Translations under genes and position numbers: made by a program
Assembly: GCA_050262775.1 (NCBI GenBank)
Contig: JBLNEO010000116.1
Coordinates: 6,176-70,175 of the forward strand
Length of the DNA stretch: 64,000 nt
DNA from: Pseudomonadota bacterium
GTDB taxonomy: Bacteria; Actinomycetota; Thermoleophilia; Gaiellales; Gaiellaceae
Direction: 5' to 3'
Notes under the pieces: model-generated
Told to the model about the DNA's origin: nothing
The model's input: only the letters and a program-made list of their open reading frames with translations
The model's database searches: none
In this document: positions 8,942 to 18,012 of the stretch, one piece after another
How positions within the stretch are numbered: the first letter of the stretch is position 1
How the letters are laid out: each line of letters starts with the position of its first letter

Positions 8942-9190
8942 GTGCACGGGCACTGGCTCCATGACATCGAGTCCCTCGAGGCGATCTCCCAGGACGACAG
9001 TGCGCGGCGGATCTTCCTGCGCATGTCGGCGATGTCGCAGGAGGGGACGCTCGACCGCTTCCTGTTCGAGCTGAGCGTCGACCCCGAGCTCGACGCCGAG
9101 ACGAAGGCGACGCTCTCGGAGCTCGGCCGCGACCACTCGTTCCTGCTGGCGCTCGAGGACTACTGCCGCCGCACCCACGTGGTCCACTGA
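8942..9190 (+). CDS. Hypothetical small acidic protein (82 aa, or about 55 aa from an internal ATG)
   Basis: GC3 near 95% in this frame, and a perfect hairpin immediately downstream. No recognisable domain. Confidence 0.5.
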   Translation: MHGHWLHDIESLEAISQDDSARRIFLRMSAMSQEGTLDRFLFELSVDPELDAETKATLSELGRDHSFLLALEDYCRRTHVVH

Positions 9191-9212
9191 CGAGGCCCCG
9201 TGCGGGGCCTCG
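9191..9212. terminator. Perfect 9-bp GC hairpin (CGAGGCCCC-gtgc-GGGGCCTCG) between the small ORF and the convergent tRNA-Ile
   Basis: Read directly from the sequence. There is no clear U-tract, so intrinsic-terminator function is inferred only. Confidence 0.45.
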
Positions 9213-9223
9213 GGAGGTGGAGG

Positions 9224-9297
<74 letters not shown>

Positions 9298-9308
9298 GCG
9301 GGAGCGCG

Positions 9309-9314
9309 ATTGTA
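9309..9314 (-). promoter_or_regulatory. Candidate -10 (TACAAT) for tRNA-Ile
   Basis: The reverse complement of attgta sits 11 nt upstream of the mature 5' end, with a GC-rich CTCCCG discriminator-like spacer. Confidence 0.45.
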
Positions 9315-9363
9315 GCGACAGCGTGCCGCTCCCGAAGCCTGGTTTCGGGCCGACCCCCCTGAG

Positions 9364-9369
9364 CTATCC
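9364..9369 (+). promoter_or_regulatory. Candidate -10 (TATCCT) for the BFN-domain gene
   Basis: TANNNT followed by SD GGAGGA (9376-9381), which lies 10 nt before ATG 9392. Confidence 0.35.
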
Positions 9370-9391
9370 TCGGACGGAGGAGCCAGGCGCG

Positions 9392-9886
9392 ATGCAGCAG
9401 ATGGTCATCTACGGCGTGAGCTTCGACCTCGTCGGCAAGCAGCCGATCGTGCTCCTGAAGACGGCCGAGGGGAACAAGTTCCTCCCCATCTGGATCGGCC
9501 ACTCGGAGGCCGCGGCGATCCTCATGAAGCTCCAGAACAACGAGAGCGCGCGGCCGATGACGCACGACCTGTTCACCGACGTGCTCGGTCAGCTCGACGC
9601 GCGCGTCGCCCGCGTCACGGTCACGGAGCTGCGCGAGAACACCTTCTACGCGCAGATCACGCTCCAGCAGGACGGGTCCGAGATCGAGGTCGACTCGCGG
9701 CCGTCCGACGCGATCGCCCTCGCGATCCGGGCCGAGGCGCCGATCTTCGTCGCCGACGAGGTGATCGACGAGTCGGCGATCGAGTTCGAGGGCGAGGAGA
9801 TCAACGAGGAGGAGATGGTCGACGAGTTCAAGCGGTTCCTCGACCGCGTCTCCCCCGACGAGTTCGCGTCGGACTCGGACGAGTAG
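9392..9886 (+). CDS. Bifunctional nuclease family protein (DUF151/BFN domain)
   Basis: PIVLLK...FLPIWIGHSEAAAI...RPMTHDL...FYA.I...DSRPSDAIALA motifs with an acidic C-terminus. The start is set at ATG 9392, which has a good SD; the ORF-track start at 9323 is less likely. Confidence 0.8.
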   Translation: MQQMVIYGVSFDLVGKQPIVLLKTAEGNKFLPIWIGHSEAAAILMKLQNNESARPMTHDLFTDVLGQLDARVARVTVTELRENTFYAQITLQQDGSEIEVDSRPSDAIALAIRAEAPIFVADEVIDESAIEFEGEEINEEEMVDEFKRFLDRVSPDEFASDSDE

Positions 9887-10156
9887 TCAGCGCTCGAGCT
9901 CGCGCTTCGTCAGCGCGAGCACCGTCTCGATCAGCTCCCGCACGCCCTCGGGCGACAGCGGGCCCGCGTTCGCGGCCTGCAGCTCGGCCACGAGCCGCGC
10001 CTCGCGCTCGGGGTCGAGGAAGGCGATCCCGCGCGCCTCCTTGTACGCCTTGAGCTCTGCGACGAGCCGCAGCCGCTCGTTCACGGCCTCGACGACGGCG
10101 CGGTCGCGCGCCGCGATCCGGCCCCGCAGCTCGTCGACGTGCGGATCCCGGCTCAC
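9887..10156 (-). CDS. Chorismate mutase (AroQ class)
   Basis: ELRGRIAARDRAVVEAVNERLRLVAELKAYKEARGIAFLDPEREA is typical of the CM_2 domain. GTG 10156 forms a GTGA overlap with the upstream stop. Confidence 0.8.
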   Translation of the reverse strand: MSRDPHVDELRGRIAARDRAVVEAVNERLRLVAELKAYKEARGIAFLDPEREARLVAELQAANAGPLSPEGVRELIETVLALTKRELER

Positions 10157-11508
10157 CAGTAGATGACGACCGTCTGCCCCTCCGCGAACTGCGCGAAGAG
10201 CCGCGGCGCGATCCACATGGGAACGCGGACGCAGCCGTGCGAGGCGGGGTAGGCCGGGACGGACGGGTAGCCGTGGATCGCGAAGCCGCGGAGGAAGTAC
10301 ATCGGGTACCAGAGCACCCAGTCCCAGCCGACGATCTTCCGGTAGATGTGGAACGACCCGAGCGGCGTGTTCCCGGTGGCGCCGGTGGAGACGTGGACGA
10401 CGGCGGTGACACGGCTGTCGCGGACCGCCATCAGGTACTGGCCGCCCTTGCTGACCTCGATGTGGGAGCCGCGCTGCCGCGGCATCGGCGCCCGTGCGCC
10501 GACGAGACGCCGCCAGGTCCGCTCGTCGAGCCGTCCCGTCTGCGGGAGACGCTCGACCGCCTGGAAGGCCAGCACGGCCTGCAGCGTCTCGAACCCGAAG
10601 GTGCCGTCGGCCGCCGGCAGCGCGTAGTGGAGCTCGGCCAGCCGTCGCTCGAGCGCGAGCACGCCCGCGCCGCGTGAGCCGAGCGCGAGGTCGGGCCGTG
10701 CGACGACGGCGCTGAGGGTCTTCGGCCTCGCGGCGAGGTAGCCGTCGGCCGGCTCGACCGCGACCCGCACCGACAGGAGCGCGGGCGCGCCCGACGGGAG
10801 GCGCACCGCCGCCGCCCCGGCATACGTCCCGCCGGCGACGCGCCTGCCGCCGCGGGTGACGCGGACGACGAGCCGCCCGGCCGCCGCCGGGCGCACGCGC
10901 GCGACGAGCCGCAGCGGCTCCCCGACGACGCCCGAGCCGACGACGCGTGCCTCGACCGCCGGCACGAGGGCCGTGGCATCCGGTTGCGAGTCGTACCCGG
11001 CCACCCTGGCTCGGAACGGCCCGCGGGAGAGCAGGCGGCCGCGCAGCACGAAGCCGCCGCCCTCGCCGGTCCGGCCGCGGGCGACGGCGCTCCGCGGCCC
11101 GCGGATCTCCACCGCGGCGCGCGCGATCGCGGGCCAGATCGACCCGGTGAAGCGTCCGCGCCCGCCGTAGCGCCCGCGCACGGGGGCGTCGAAGGCGATG
11201 CGGTACGCGGTGACGACCGCCTCGGCGCGCGACTCCTCGCCCGTGGCGCTCACCGCCGTCGCGAGGGCCCGGTAGACGCCGGCGGTCGCGTAGTCGTGGC
11301 GGACGGTCGTGCCCTCGGCGGTCGTCCCGTCGCCGAAGTCCCAGCGCACGATCGTGGCGTCGGTCTGCGCCGTGAACGTCACGGGCAGCGGCGCCAGCCC
11401 CGCGGTGCGATCCGCCGCCACCGCCAGCGACGGCGCCGCGGCGTGCGCGAACGGTGCCGTCGCCAGGGCGGCGACGGCGGCGAGCGTCGTCGCGGCGCCG
11501 CGCGTCAC
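10153..11508 (-). CDS. Secreted L,D-transpeptidase (PKD-like domain, PG-binding domain, YkuD domain)
   Basis: Signal peptide VTRGAATTLAAVAALATAPFAHA from GTG 11508. PKD-like WDFGDGTTAEG, PG_binding_1 (LQAVLAFQ), and a YkuD catalytic HGYP....SHGCVRV. The ORF-track extension to 12060 is not coding. Confidence 0.85.
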   Translation of the reverse strand: MTRGAATTLAAVAALATAPFAHAAAPSLAVAADRTAGLAPLPVTFTAQTDATIVRWDFGDGTTAEGTTVRHDYATAGVYRALATAVSATGEESRAEAVVTAYRIAFDAPVRGRYGGRGRFTGSIWPAIARAAVEIRGPRSAVARGRTGEGGGFVLRGRLLSRGPFRARVAGYDSQPDATALVPAVEARVVGSGVVGEPLRLVARVRPAAAGRLVVRVTRGGRRVAGGTYAGAAAVRLPSGAPALLSVRVAVEPADGYLAARPKTLSAVVARPDLALGSRGAGVLALERRLAELHYALPAADGTFGFETLQAVLAFQAVERLPQTGRLDERTWRRLVGARAPMPRQRGSHIEVSKGGQYLMAVRDSRVTAVVHVSTGATGNTPLGSFHIYRKIVGWDWVLWYPMYFLRGFAIHGYPSVPAYPASHGCVRVPMWIAPRLFAQFAEGQTVVIYW

Positions 11509-12230
11509 GTGTCCCCGCCCACGGTGACGGCGAGGAGCAGGGCGATCGCGTTGAAGCACGCGTGCAGCGCGATCGTCGGGTACACGCTGTCCGAGCGGTC
11601 GCGGATGAACGCGAGCCCGCACCCGAGGAAGACGAAGATCGGCAGGCCCTCGAGCACGCCGTGCCCGAGCGCGAAGAGGACGCCGGTCACGCCGATCGCG
11701 ACCGTGGCGCCGTACGGCACGAGCAGCGAGAAGCCGAGCCCGCGGAACATCAGCTCCTCGACGACCGGGACGAACGCGACGACGACCAGCGCGTTCGCGA
11801 GGAACGGGACGGCACGGCTCGAGTCCCAGCCCTCGGGGGTCAGCCCCTGCTCCTTGCCGGGATTGGCGCCGAAGAGGCCGACGATGAACGCGACCACGTA
11901 GGTGCCGACGAACACGCCGACCGCCATCGCAGCGGCCGTCGCCCAGGATCGGGGGCGCCGGAGGGCGAGGAGCTCCCGCTTCGGGTAGCCCACCGCGAGC
12001 CACAGGACGATTCCGAGGAGGACGCCGAACTGGATCAGCGCCGCGGCGAAGGTCGACCACTCGTACAGGAGGTCGCGCGAGTCCTGACCCTCCGTCGTCG
12101 GGCTCGCGTAGCGGCCGGCGTAGTTGACCGTGATCAGCGTGAGGACGACCGCGAGCCAGATGGCGAGCCGCGTCGTCCCCGGCGCACGGCGATCCTCGGT
12201 CGTCGTCTCGGCCACGGGCTCGTGGATCAT
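11505..12230 (-). CDS. CPBP family intramembrane glutamic endopeptidase (CAAX protease-like)
   Basis: EELMFRG, FALGH and ALHACFN motifs in a multi-TM protein. ATG 12230 (MIHEPVAE). Confidence 0.8.
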   Translation of the reverse strand: MIHEPVAETTTEDRRAPGTTRLAIWLAVVLTLITVNYAGRYASPTTEGQDSRDLLYEWSTFAAALIQFGVLLGIVLWLAVGYPKRELLALRRPRSWATAAAMAVGVFVGTYVVAFIVGLFGANPGKEQGLTPEGWDSSRAVPFLANALVVVAFVPVVEELMFRGLGFSLLVPYGATVAIGVTGVLFALGHGVLEGLPIFVFLGCGLAFIRDRSDSVYPTIALHACFNAIALLLAVTVGGDT

Positions 12231-12236
12231 ACGGAC

Positions 12237-12647
12237 GTGGCCAGTCCGATCTTCAGCCCCGGCGAGGCGAATCGGCTGCTCCCGCGCGTGCGGCCGCTCG
12301 TCGAGCGGATGGTCGAGCACCGGAGACGTCTGGTCGCCGCGCAGCGTGTCCGGGAGCGCGCGCTCGGGCGGATCGCGGGCAACGGCGGCGACTACTCGCC
12401 GGGGGAGCTCGCGGATCTCGCCGAGGACGTCGAGCGGGAGGCGACGGAGGTGGCGCGCGCCGTTCGCGCGCTCACGGAGCTCGGCGTCCAGGTCAAGGAC
12501 CTCGACTCGGGGCTCGTCGACTTCCCGGCCGCGCGCGCCGACGGCGAGATCGTCCTGCTCTGCTGGCGGCTCGGCGAGGACGAGATCGCCTGGTGGCACA
12601 GCGAGCAGGGCGGCTTCGCCGGCCGCCGCCCGCTCTCGGAGCTCTGA
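12237..12647 (+). CDS. DUF2203 domain-containing protein
   Basis: FSPGEANRLLP...VKDLDSGLVDFPA..DGEIVLLCWRLGEDEIAWWH...GFAGRRPL matches the DUF2203 pattern. GTG 12237 is only 6 bp from the divergent CPBP start. Confidence 0.8.
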   Translation: MASPIFSPGEANRLLPRVRPLVERMVEHRRRLVAAQRVRERALGRIAGNGGDYSPGELADLAEDVEREATEVARAVRALTELGVQVKDLDSGLVDFPAARADGEIVLLCWRLGEDEIAWWHSEQGGFAGRRPLSEL

Positions 12648-12682
12648 GGATCGCGGCGGGCGGCGTCGAAGGAGGGACGTCC

Positions 12683-13399
12683 ATGGAGTTCTGGGAGCGT
12701 GCCGCCACCGTCGCCGCCGTGATCGGTGCGTCGCTGATCGTCGCGAAGCTCGTCGACCGCCGCATGGCGAAGCGTCGGCTCGCGCCGGGCGTCGCGACGC
12801 GGTACGCCGTCCTTCGTCGGAGCATCGTCGCGGTCATCATCGGGGTCGGCGTCTTCTCGGCACTCCTCACGATCCCCGCGATCAGCTCGATCGCGGGCGC
12901 CGTGCTCGGATCGGCCGCGGTGGTCGGGCTCGTCGTCGGCTTCGCGGCGCAGGCGACGCTCTCGAACTTCATCGCGGGCGTGATGATCGCGTTCACGCAA
13001 CCGCTGCGGATCGGCGACCGCGTCGAGGTCACGGGCCAGACCGGGATCGTCGAGGAGATCGGCTTGACGTACACGTTCATCCGGCTCGACGACGGGTCCC
13101 GCCTCGTGATTCCCAACGCTACGCTTGCCGCCAACACGATTCGCAACGCGACGATCGTGAACCCCGAGAAGGTCGCGGAGGTCACCGTGCAGGTCCCGTT
13201 GAGCCAGGAGCTCCGCCCGATCCTGGCGTCCCTCGAGCAAGCCCTCGACGACGCCGAGGTGTTCGTGCGCTCCCTCGAGGGCACCGCGACGGTGGTGGTG
13301 CAGCAGCGCGCGCGGTCGGAGGCGGACGCCGAGCGCACGCAGCGCGACCTGCGGCTCCGCGTCCACGAGGCGCTCCGCGCGGAGGGCGTCTTCGCGTGA
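12683..13399 (+). CDS. Small-conductance mechanosensitive channel (MscS family)
   Basis: GFAAQATLSNFIAGVMIAFTQPLRIGDRVEV...G.VEEIGLTYT. ATG 12683 is preceded by GGAGGGA. Confidence 0.85.
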   Translation: MEFWERAATVAAVIGASLIVAKLVDRRMAKRRLAPGVATRYAVLRRSIVAVIIGVGVFSALLTIPAISSIAGAVLGSAAVVGLVVGFAAQATLSNFIAGVMIAFTQPLRIGDRVEVTGQTGIVEEIGLTYTFIRLDDGSRLVIPNATLAANTIRNATIVNPEKVAEVTVQVPLSQELRPILASLEQALDDAEVFVRSLEGTATVVVQQRARSEADAERTQRDLRLRVHEALRAEGVFA

Positions 13400-15588
13400 C
13401 GCCGCCGGCGGGGCGACCGATCGAGGGCGTCAACCACCGGCGCCGGCGCGCCCGCCGCCGCGCCCGCGCGGTCCGGAAGCGGCGGCTCGCCATCCTCGCC
13501 GTCCTCGCGGCGGTGGTCGTGGTCTCGGTGTCCGCCGCGGCCGTGGGCGGCGCGGCCGCCGTCGCGTCGAACTGCGAGCTCTCGACGCTCCGGCCGGTGT
13601 CGATCGGCCAGAACTCGTTCGTGTACGCCGCCGACGGCTCCCTGCTCGGCTCGATCCCCGCCGAGAAGAACCGCCAGCCCGTTGCGCTCCGGGCGATGAG
13701 CCCGTGGCTCCCGAAGGCGACGATCGCGATCGAGGACCGCCGCTTCTACGAGCACGGCGGCGTCGACTTCGAGGGGATCGCCCGCGCGCTCGTCGAGGAC
13801 ATCAAGGCGGGACGCGTCGTCCAGGGCGGCTCGACGATCACGCAGCAGCTCGTCCGCAACCTCTACATCTCGAACGAGAAGACGCTGCAGCGGAAGGTGA
13901 AGGAGGCATGCCTCGCGATCAAGCTCAACCGCGCGTGGTCGAAGGAGCGGATCCTCGCCGGCTACCTCAACCAGGTCTACTACGGCAGCCACGCGTACGG
14001 CGTCGAGGCCGCGTCGCAGACCTTCTTCTCGAAGCGCTCGCGGAACCTGACGCTCGTCGAGGCCGCGCTCATCGCCGGGCTCCCCCAGGCGCCGTCGGAG
14101 TACGACCCGTTCAAGAACCCGAATCGCGCGACCGCCCGTCGCAACGAGGTGCTGCGGGCGATGTACGTGAACGGCGACGTCACGAGACCGGAGCTCGACG
14201 CGGCGCTCCGACAGCCGGTACGGCTCCGTGCGGGCAAGCTCTACACGCGGATCCGCGAGCCGTACTTCTTCTCGTTCGTCCGCGACGCGCTCATCGCCGA
14301 GTACGGCGCGAACACCGTGCGCTCGGGCGGTCTTCGCGTCTACACGACCGTCGACCGGAAGCTCCAGATCGCCGCGCGGAAGGCGATTACACAGACGCTC
14401 CCGTACAAGGACGACCCCGCGGCCGCGCTCGTCGCGATCGACCCGCACAACGGGCACATCCGGGCGATGGTGGCCGTCACGCCGGGCAAGCGCGCGAACC
14501 AGTTCAACCTCGCCTCGCAGGCGCGCCGCCAGGCGGGCTCGACGTTCAAGACGTTCGTCCTCACGGCCGCGATCAACGAGGGGATCAGCCCGTCGACCTC
14601 CTACCTCTCCGCGCCGTTCAAGTACGACCCCGCGGGCGACGGCAGCTGCGACTCCGACCCGCCGACGGCGTGGTGCCCGGAGACGTACGACCACACGTAC
14701 ATCGGCGTCACGAGCATCCACAACGCGACCCTCCGGTCGGACAACACCGTCTTCGCGCGGCTGACACTCGACGTCGGCCCCGAGAAGGTGGCGGAGATGG
14801 CGCGCAAGCTCGGCATCCGCAGCACGCTCCCGATCGTGCCGTCGCTCGGCCTCGGCGCGGGCGAGGTCTCGCCCCTGGAGATGTCCTCCGCGTACGCGAC
14901 GCTCGCGGCGGGCGGCGTCTACTCGGCGCCGACCGCGATCCGGAAGGTGGTCCTCGCCAACGGCCAGGTCGACGAGGACGCCGGCTGGGGGAAGGTCAAG
15001 CGCGAGCGCGTGATCCCCGACTGGGTCGCCTACGAGGTGACGAAGATCCTCGAGGACAACGTCACCGGCGGGACGGGGTATCCGAACGCGTACATCGGGC
15101 GTCCCGCCGCGGGCAAGACGGGCACCACCGACGACTTCACCGACGCCTGGTTCTGCGGCTTCGTGCCGAACCTCCAGGCGACCGTCTGGGTCGGGTATCC
15201 GAAGGGGAAGATCTCGATGGACGACGTGCACGGGATCCGCGTGGCGGGCGGCACGTTCCCGGCGCAGATCTGGGGGATCTTCATGCGCAGCGTCACGGAC
15301 GGCCGGCCCGTCCTCGACTTCGCGCCCGCGACGACGTCGCCGGTCTGGACGTACCACCGCCTCCAGTACGCGCTCGACGGGAGCTACTACAGCTCGGATT
15401 CGTCGTCGAGCGGGTCGTCCGCGCCGCCGCCGCCGACCGAGTCGCAGACGACCGCCGAGGCGCCGGCGACGCCCCAGCCGACGACGACGGCGCCGCCGCC
15501 TCAGGCCGAGCCGCCTCCGCCGCCGCCCGCGACCGAGCCGGCGCCTCCACCGGCGACCGAGCCGCCGCCCGGCCAAGGCGCTGCGTAG
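13396..15588 (+). CDS. Class A penicillin-binding protein (GT51 transglycosylase plus transpeptidase)
   Basis: EDRRFYEHGGVD and GGSTITQQ (GT51), STFK, SDN and KTGTT (transpeptidase), an N-terminal TM anchor, and a C-terminal Ser/Pro/Thr-rich tail. GTG 13396 forms a GTGA overlap with the MscS stop. Confidence 0.92.
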   Translation: MTPPAGRPIEGVNHRRRRARRRARAVRKRRLAILAVLAAVVVVSVSAAAVGGAAAVASNCELSTLRPVSIGQNSFVYAADGSLLGSIPAEKNRQPVALRAMSPWLPKATIAIEDRRFYEHGGVDFEGIARALVEDIKAGRVVQGGSTITQQLVRNLYISNEKTLQRKVKEACLAIKLNRAWSKERILAGYLNQVYYGSHAYGVEAASQTFFSKRSRNLTLVEAALIAGLPQAPSEYDPFKNPNRATARRNEVLRAMYVNGDVTRPELDAALRQPVRLRAGKLYTRIREPYFFSFVRDALIAEYGANTVRSGGLRVYTTVDRKLQIAARKAITQTLPYKDDPAAALVAIDPHNGHIRAMVAVTPGKRANQFNLASQARRQAGSTFKTFVLTAAINEGISPSTSYLSAPFKYDPAGDGSCDSDPPTAWCPETYDHTYIGVTSIHNATLRSDNTVFARLTLDVGPEKVAEMARKLGIRSTLPIVPSLGLGAGEVSPLEMSSAYATLAAGGVYSAPTAIRKVVLANGQVDEDAGWGKVKRERVIPDWVAYEVTKILEDNVTGGTGYPNAYIGRPAAGKTGTTDDFTDAWFCGFVPNLQATVWVGYPKGKISMDDVHGIRVAGGTFPAQIWGIFMRSVTDGRPVLDFAPATTSPVWTYHRLQYALDGSYYSSDSSSSGSSAPPPPTESQTTAEAPATPQPTTTAPPPQAEPPPPPPATEPAPPPATEPPPGQGAA

Positions 15589-15628
15589 CCGGCTCCCGCT
15601 CCTCGCCGGTGCCGCCACCGCGGCGCTC

Positions 15629-16777
15629 GTGGCGACGTGTGCGGTGCTCGCGTGGCCCGAGGCTTCCACCGTCGTCCCGACGGACGGCGGGCATCCACAG
15701 GGTGATCCGGCCTGGGCGCGCGCGTTCCTCGCCTGCGCCGTCGCCGCGACCGTCGCGTACGCGGTGGGCGCGTGGCTCGTCGCGCGCCGTGGTGCGTCGA
15801 GGCGTGCGGTCGCGGTCATCGCGGTCGCCGTGCAGCTCGTCCCGCTCGCCGCGCCGCTCCTGCTCTCGACCGACGCCTGGACGTACTGGGCGTACGGACG
15901 CGTCGCGGCCGTCCATCACGAGAGCCCGTACCGGGAGCCGCCCTCGTCCTTCCCGGGCGACCCCGCGCTGCCGTGGATGGGCGCCGACTGGCAGGACCGG
16001 ACGTCGGTCTACGGACCCGCGTTCACGCTCGCCTCCGAGCCCGTGGCGCTCGCCGTGGGTGACTCCCACGACGCGGCCGCGTGGGCATACAAGGCGCTCG
16101 CCGCGGCGGCGGCGCTGACCGCGGCGTTCCTGGCGGCGCGGCTCGCGCGCCGGCCGGCGCTCGCGCTCGCGCTCGCGGGGTGGAACCCGGTGCTCGCGAT
16201 CCACGCGGCGGGCGGCGGCCACAACGACGCCTGGGTCGGCGCGCTCGTCCTCGCCGCGCTCGCGCTCGCCGCGGCAGAGCGGCGGCGGCTCGCAGGCGCC
16301 GCCTGGGCGCTGGCCGCGCTCATCAAGTGGGTCCCGCTCGTGTTCCTCGTCCTGCGCGGGATCGAGGCGCGGGCGACGGGCCGCCGGGTCTCTCACGTCG
16401 GCTTCGCCGCTGCCGCTGCCGCGGTCGCGGTGGTGGCGACGATCCTCTGGGGCCTCGGGTGGCTCGGCGCGTTCGGCCCGCTCGCCGAGAACGTGGCGGC
16501 GACGACGTCCTACGCGCTGCCGAGTCGTCTCGGACTCCCGGGGTGGGTCGGCCTCGTCGCGTTCGCCGCCGCGTTCGCCTGGCTCGCACGCCAGGCTGCC
16601 CGGGGTCGCGCGCGGCTCGGGCTCGCGGCCGGGCTCATGCTCGTGACGGCCCCGTACCTCACGCCGTGGTACCTCGCGTGGACCGTGCCGCTCGCCGCCG
16701 CCGAGGAGGACGCGACGGCACGCATCCTCGCCGTCGCGCTCAGCCTCTACCTCGTGCCGCAGACGATCCCGACCTAG
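15629..16777 (+). CDS. Polytopic membrane protein, GT-C-like (DUF2029/GT87-like) putative glycosyltransferase
   Basis: About 10 predicted TM helices and an early loop DAWTYWAYGR...ESPY that resembles GT-C mannosyl/arabinosyl-transferase-like families. The start may be CTG 15581 (LRSRLPLLAGAATAAL...). Confidence 0.5.
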   Translation: MATCAVLAWPEASTVVPTDGGHPQGDPAWARAFLACAVAATVAYAVGAWLVARRGASRRAVAVIAVAVQLVPLAAPLLLSTDAWTYWAYGRVAAVHHESPYREPPSSFPGDPALPWMGADWQDRTSVYGPAFTLASEPVALAVGDSHDAAAWAYKALAAAAALTAAFLAARLARRPALALALAGWNPVLAIHAAGGGHNDAWVGALVLAALALAAAERRRLAGAAWALAALIKWVPLVFLVLRGIEARATGRRVSHVGFAAAAAAVAVVATILWGLGWLGAFGPLAENVAATTSYALPSRLGLPGWVGLVAFAAAFAWLARQAARGRARLGLAAGLMLVTAPYLTPWYLAWTVPLAAAEEDATARILAVALSLYLVPQTIPT

Positions 16778-17991
16778 GGCGCGGTCGCCGTGCCGACCGT
16801 CGTCTCGGTCGGAGGCGCCGACGTCACCGGGGACACGGTCGTCGTCGGCTCGTCCGTGAGCACCGGAGGCTCCGTCGTCGTCACGGGAGGCGCCTCGGTC
16901 GTCGCCGGCGCCGTGGGCCGGGCGCCGGCCGTGTCGGCCGTGGTGACGCCGTCCGTGGTTGCCGTCGGCTCCGCCGGCACGCTCGCGGTCACGCCGGCGG
17001 CCGCCGGCGGCGCGACGGACTCCGCGCGTGCGCGCGGGGAGGTGGTACCCGCCGCCGGGACCGAGTCGTCGCCCGTCGCGAGGACGGCGGCGACGGCGCC
17101 TGCGGCGCCGAGGACGAGCACCGCGGCGAGCGCACCGATCGTCGTCGCGGGGCGCCGGCGGCCGGCTGCCGGACCGGCTGCCGTCGCCCGTGTCGCCGCC
17201 GGCCGCGCGAGCTCGGCCAGGAGTGCGCCCCCGTCGGCCGGCCGGTCCCCGGGATGCTTCGCGAGCGCCGCAGCGGCGAGGCTCTCGAGTCGCGGCGGTG
17301 CGTCCGGGCGCAGGTCCGTGATCGGGGGCGGCGCGTCGCGCAGGTGCATCGCCGCCACCGCGAGCGGGTCGTCCGCGACGAACGGCATCCGCCCGGTCAG
17401 CATCCGGTAGAGGACGACGCCGAAGGAGTAGACGTCGCTCGCCGCCGTTGCGGCCTCGCCCGCGGCCTGCTCCGGCGCGATCGTGGCGGCGGTGCCGAGC
17501 ACCGTGCCTGCTTCCGTCAACGTGCCGTCGTCGCCGAGCCGCGCGATCCCGAGGTCGGCCAGCTTGGGGCGGTCGTCGCCGTCGAAGAGGACGTTCGCAG
17601 GCTTGAGGTCACGGTGGACGAGCCCGCGCGCGTGCGCGTGCGCGAGCCCCGCTGCGATGCCGGTCGCGATCCGCTCGGTCTCGGCGTCCGGGAGCGGCTC
17701 GCCCGGTCGGAGGCGCTCCTCGAGCGATCCGCCCGGCAGGAGCTCCAGCACGAGGTAGGCGCCCTCCTCGTCCTCGCCGACGTCGTAGACCCGCACGACG
17801 TTCGGGTGGCCGAGCGCGGCGGCCGCGCGCCCCTCCCGCTCGAACCGAACCCGGTCCGCGTCCGGGGAGAGGAGCTTGACGGCGACGCGGCGGTCGAGCT
17901 CGAGATCCTGCGCCTCCCACACCGAGGCCGTGCCGCCCGTGCCGAGCGGCCGCTCGAGCCGGTACCGCCCGGCGATGAGGCGCTTGTCCAT
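16774..17991 (-). CDS. Hanks-type Ser/Thr protein kinase with a TM segment and a Thr/Pro/Ala-rich extracellular tail
   Basis: GTGGTASVW, VAVK, HRDLKPAN, DLGIA and APE motifs; TM IGALAAVLVLGAAGAVAAVLA. No PASTA repeats. Confidence 0.92.
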   Translation of the reverse strand: MDKRLIAGRYRLERPLGTGGTASVWEAQDLELDRRVAVKLLSPDADRVRFEREGRAAAALGHPNVVRVYDVGEDEEGAYLVLELLPGGSLEERLRPGEPLPDAETERIATGIAAGLAHAHARGLVHRDLKPANVLFDGDDRPKLADLGIARLGDDGTLTEAGTVLGTAATIAPEQAAGEAATAASDVYSFGVVLYRMLTGRMPFVADDPLAVAAMHLRDAPPPITDLRPDAPPRLESLAAAALAKHPGDRPADGGALLAELARPAATRATAAGPAAGRRRPATTIGALAAVLVLGAAGAVAAVLATGDDSVPAAGTTSPRARAESVAPPAAAGVTASVPAEPTATTDGVTTADTAGARPTAPATTEAPPVTTTEPPVLTDEPTTTVSPVTSAPPTETTVGTATAP

Positions 17992-18012
17992 GGGAGTACG
18001 CTTCCCGCTCCC

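Noticed and set aside
12493-15819. Very long alternative-frame or antisense ORFs. Examples: 12493-15819 (1108 aa), 27010-30324 (1104 aa), 56784-60467 (1227 aa), 60464-63058, 40850-42601 and 6616-8253, plus the long N-terminal extensions of 16081-19191, 12124-15588 and 21507-23933.
   Set aside because: Their translations are Arg/Pro/Gly/Ala-rich low complexity with no motifs. They lie opposite or out of frame to genes with clear family signatures and correct GC3 bias. Stop-poor frames like these are the expected artefact of a 72% GC genome.
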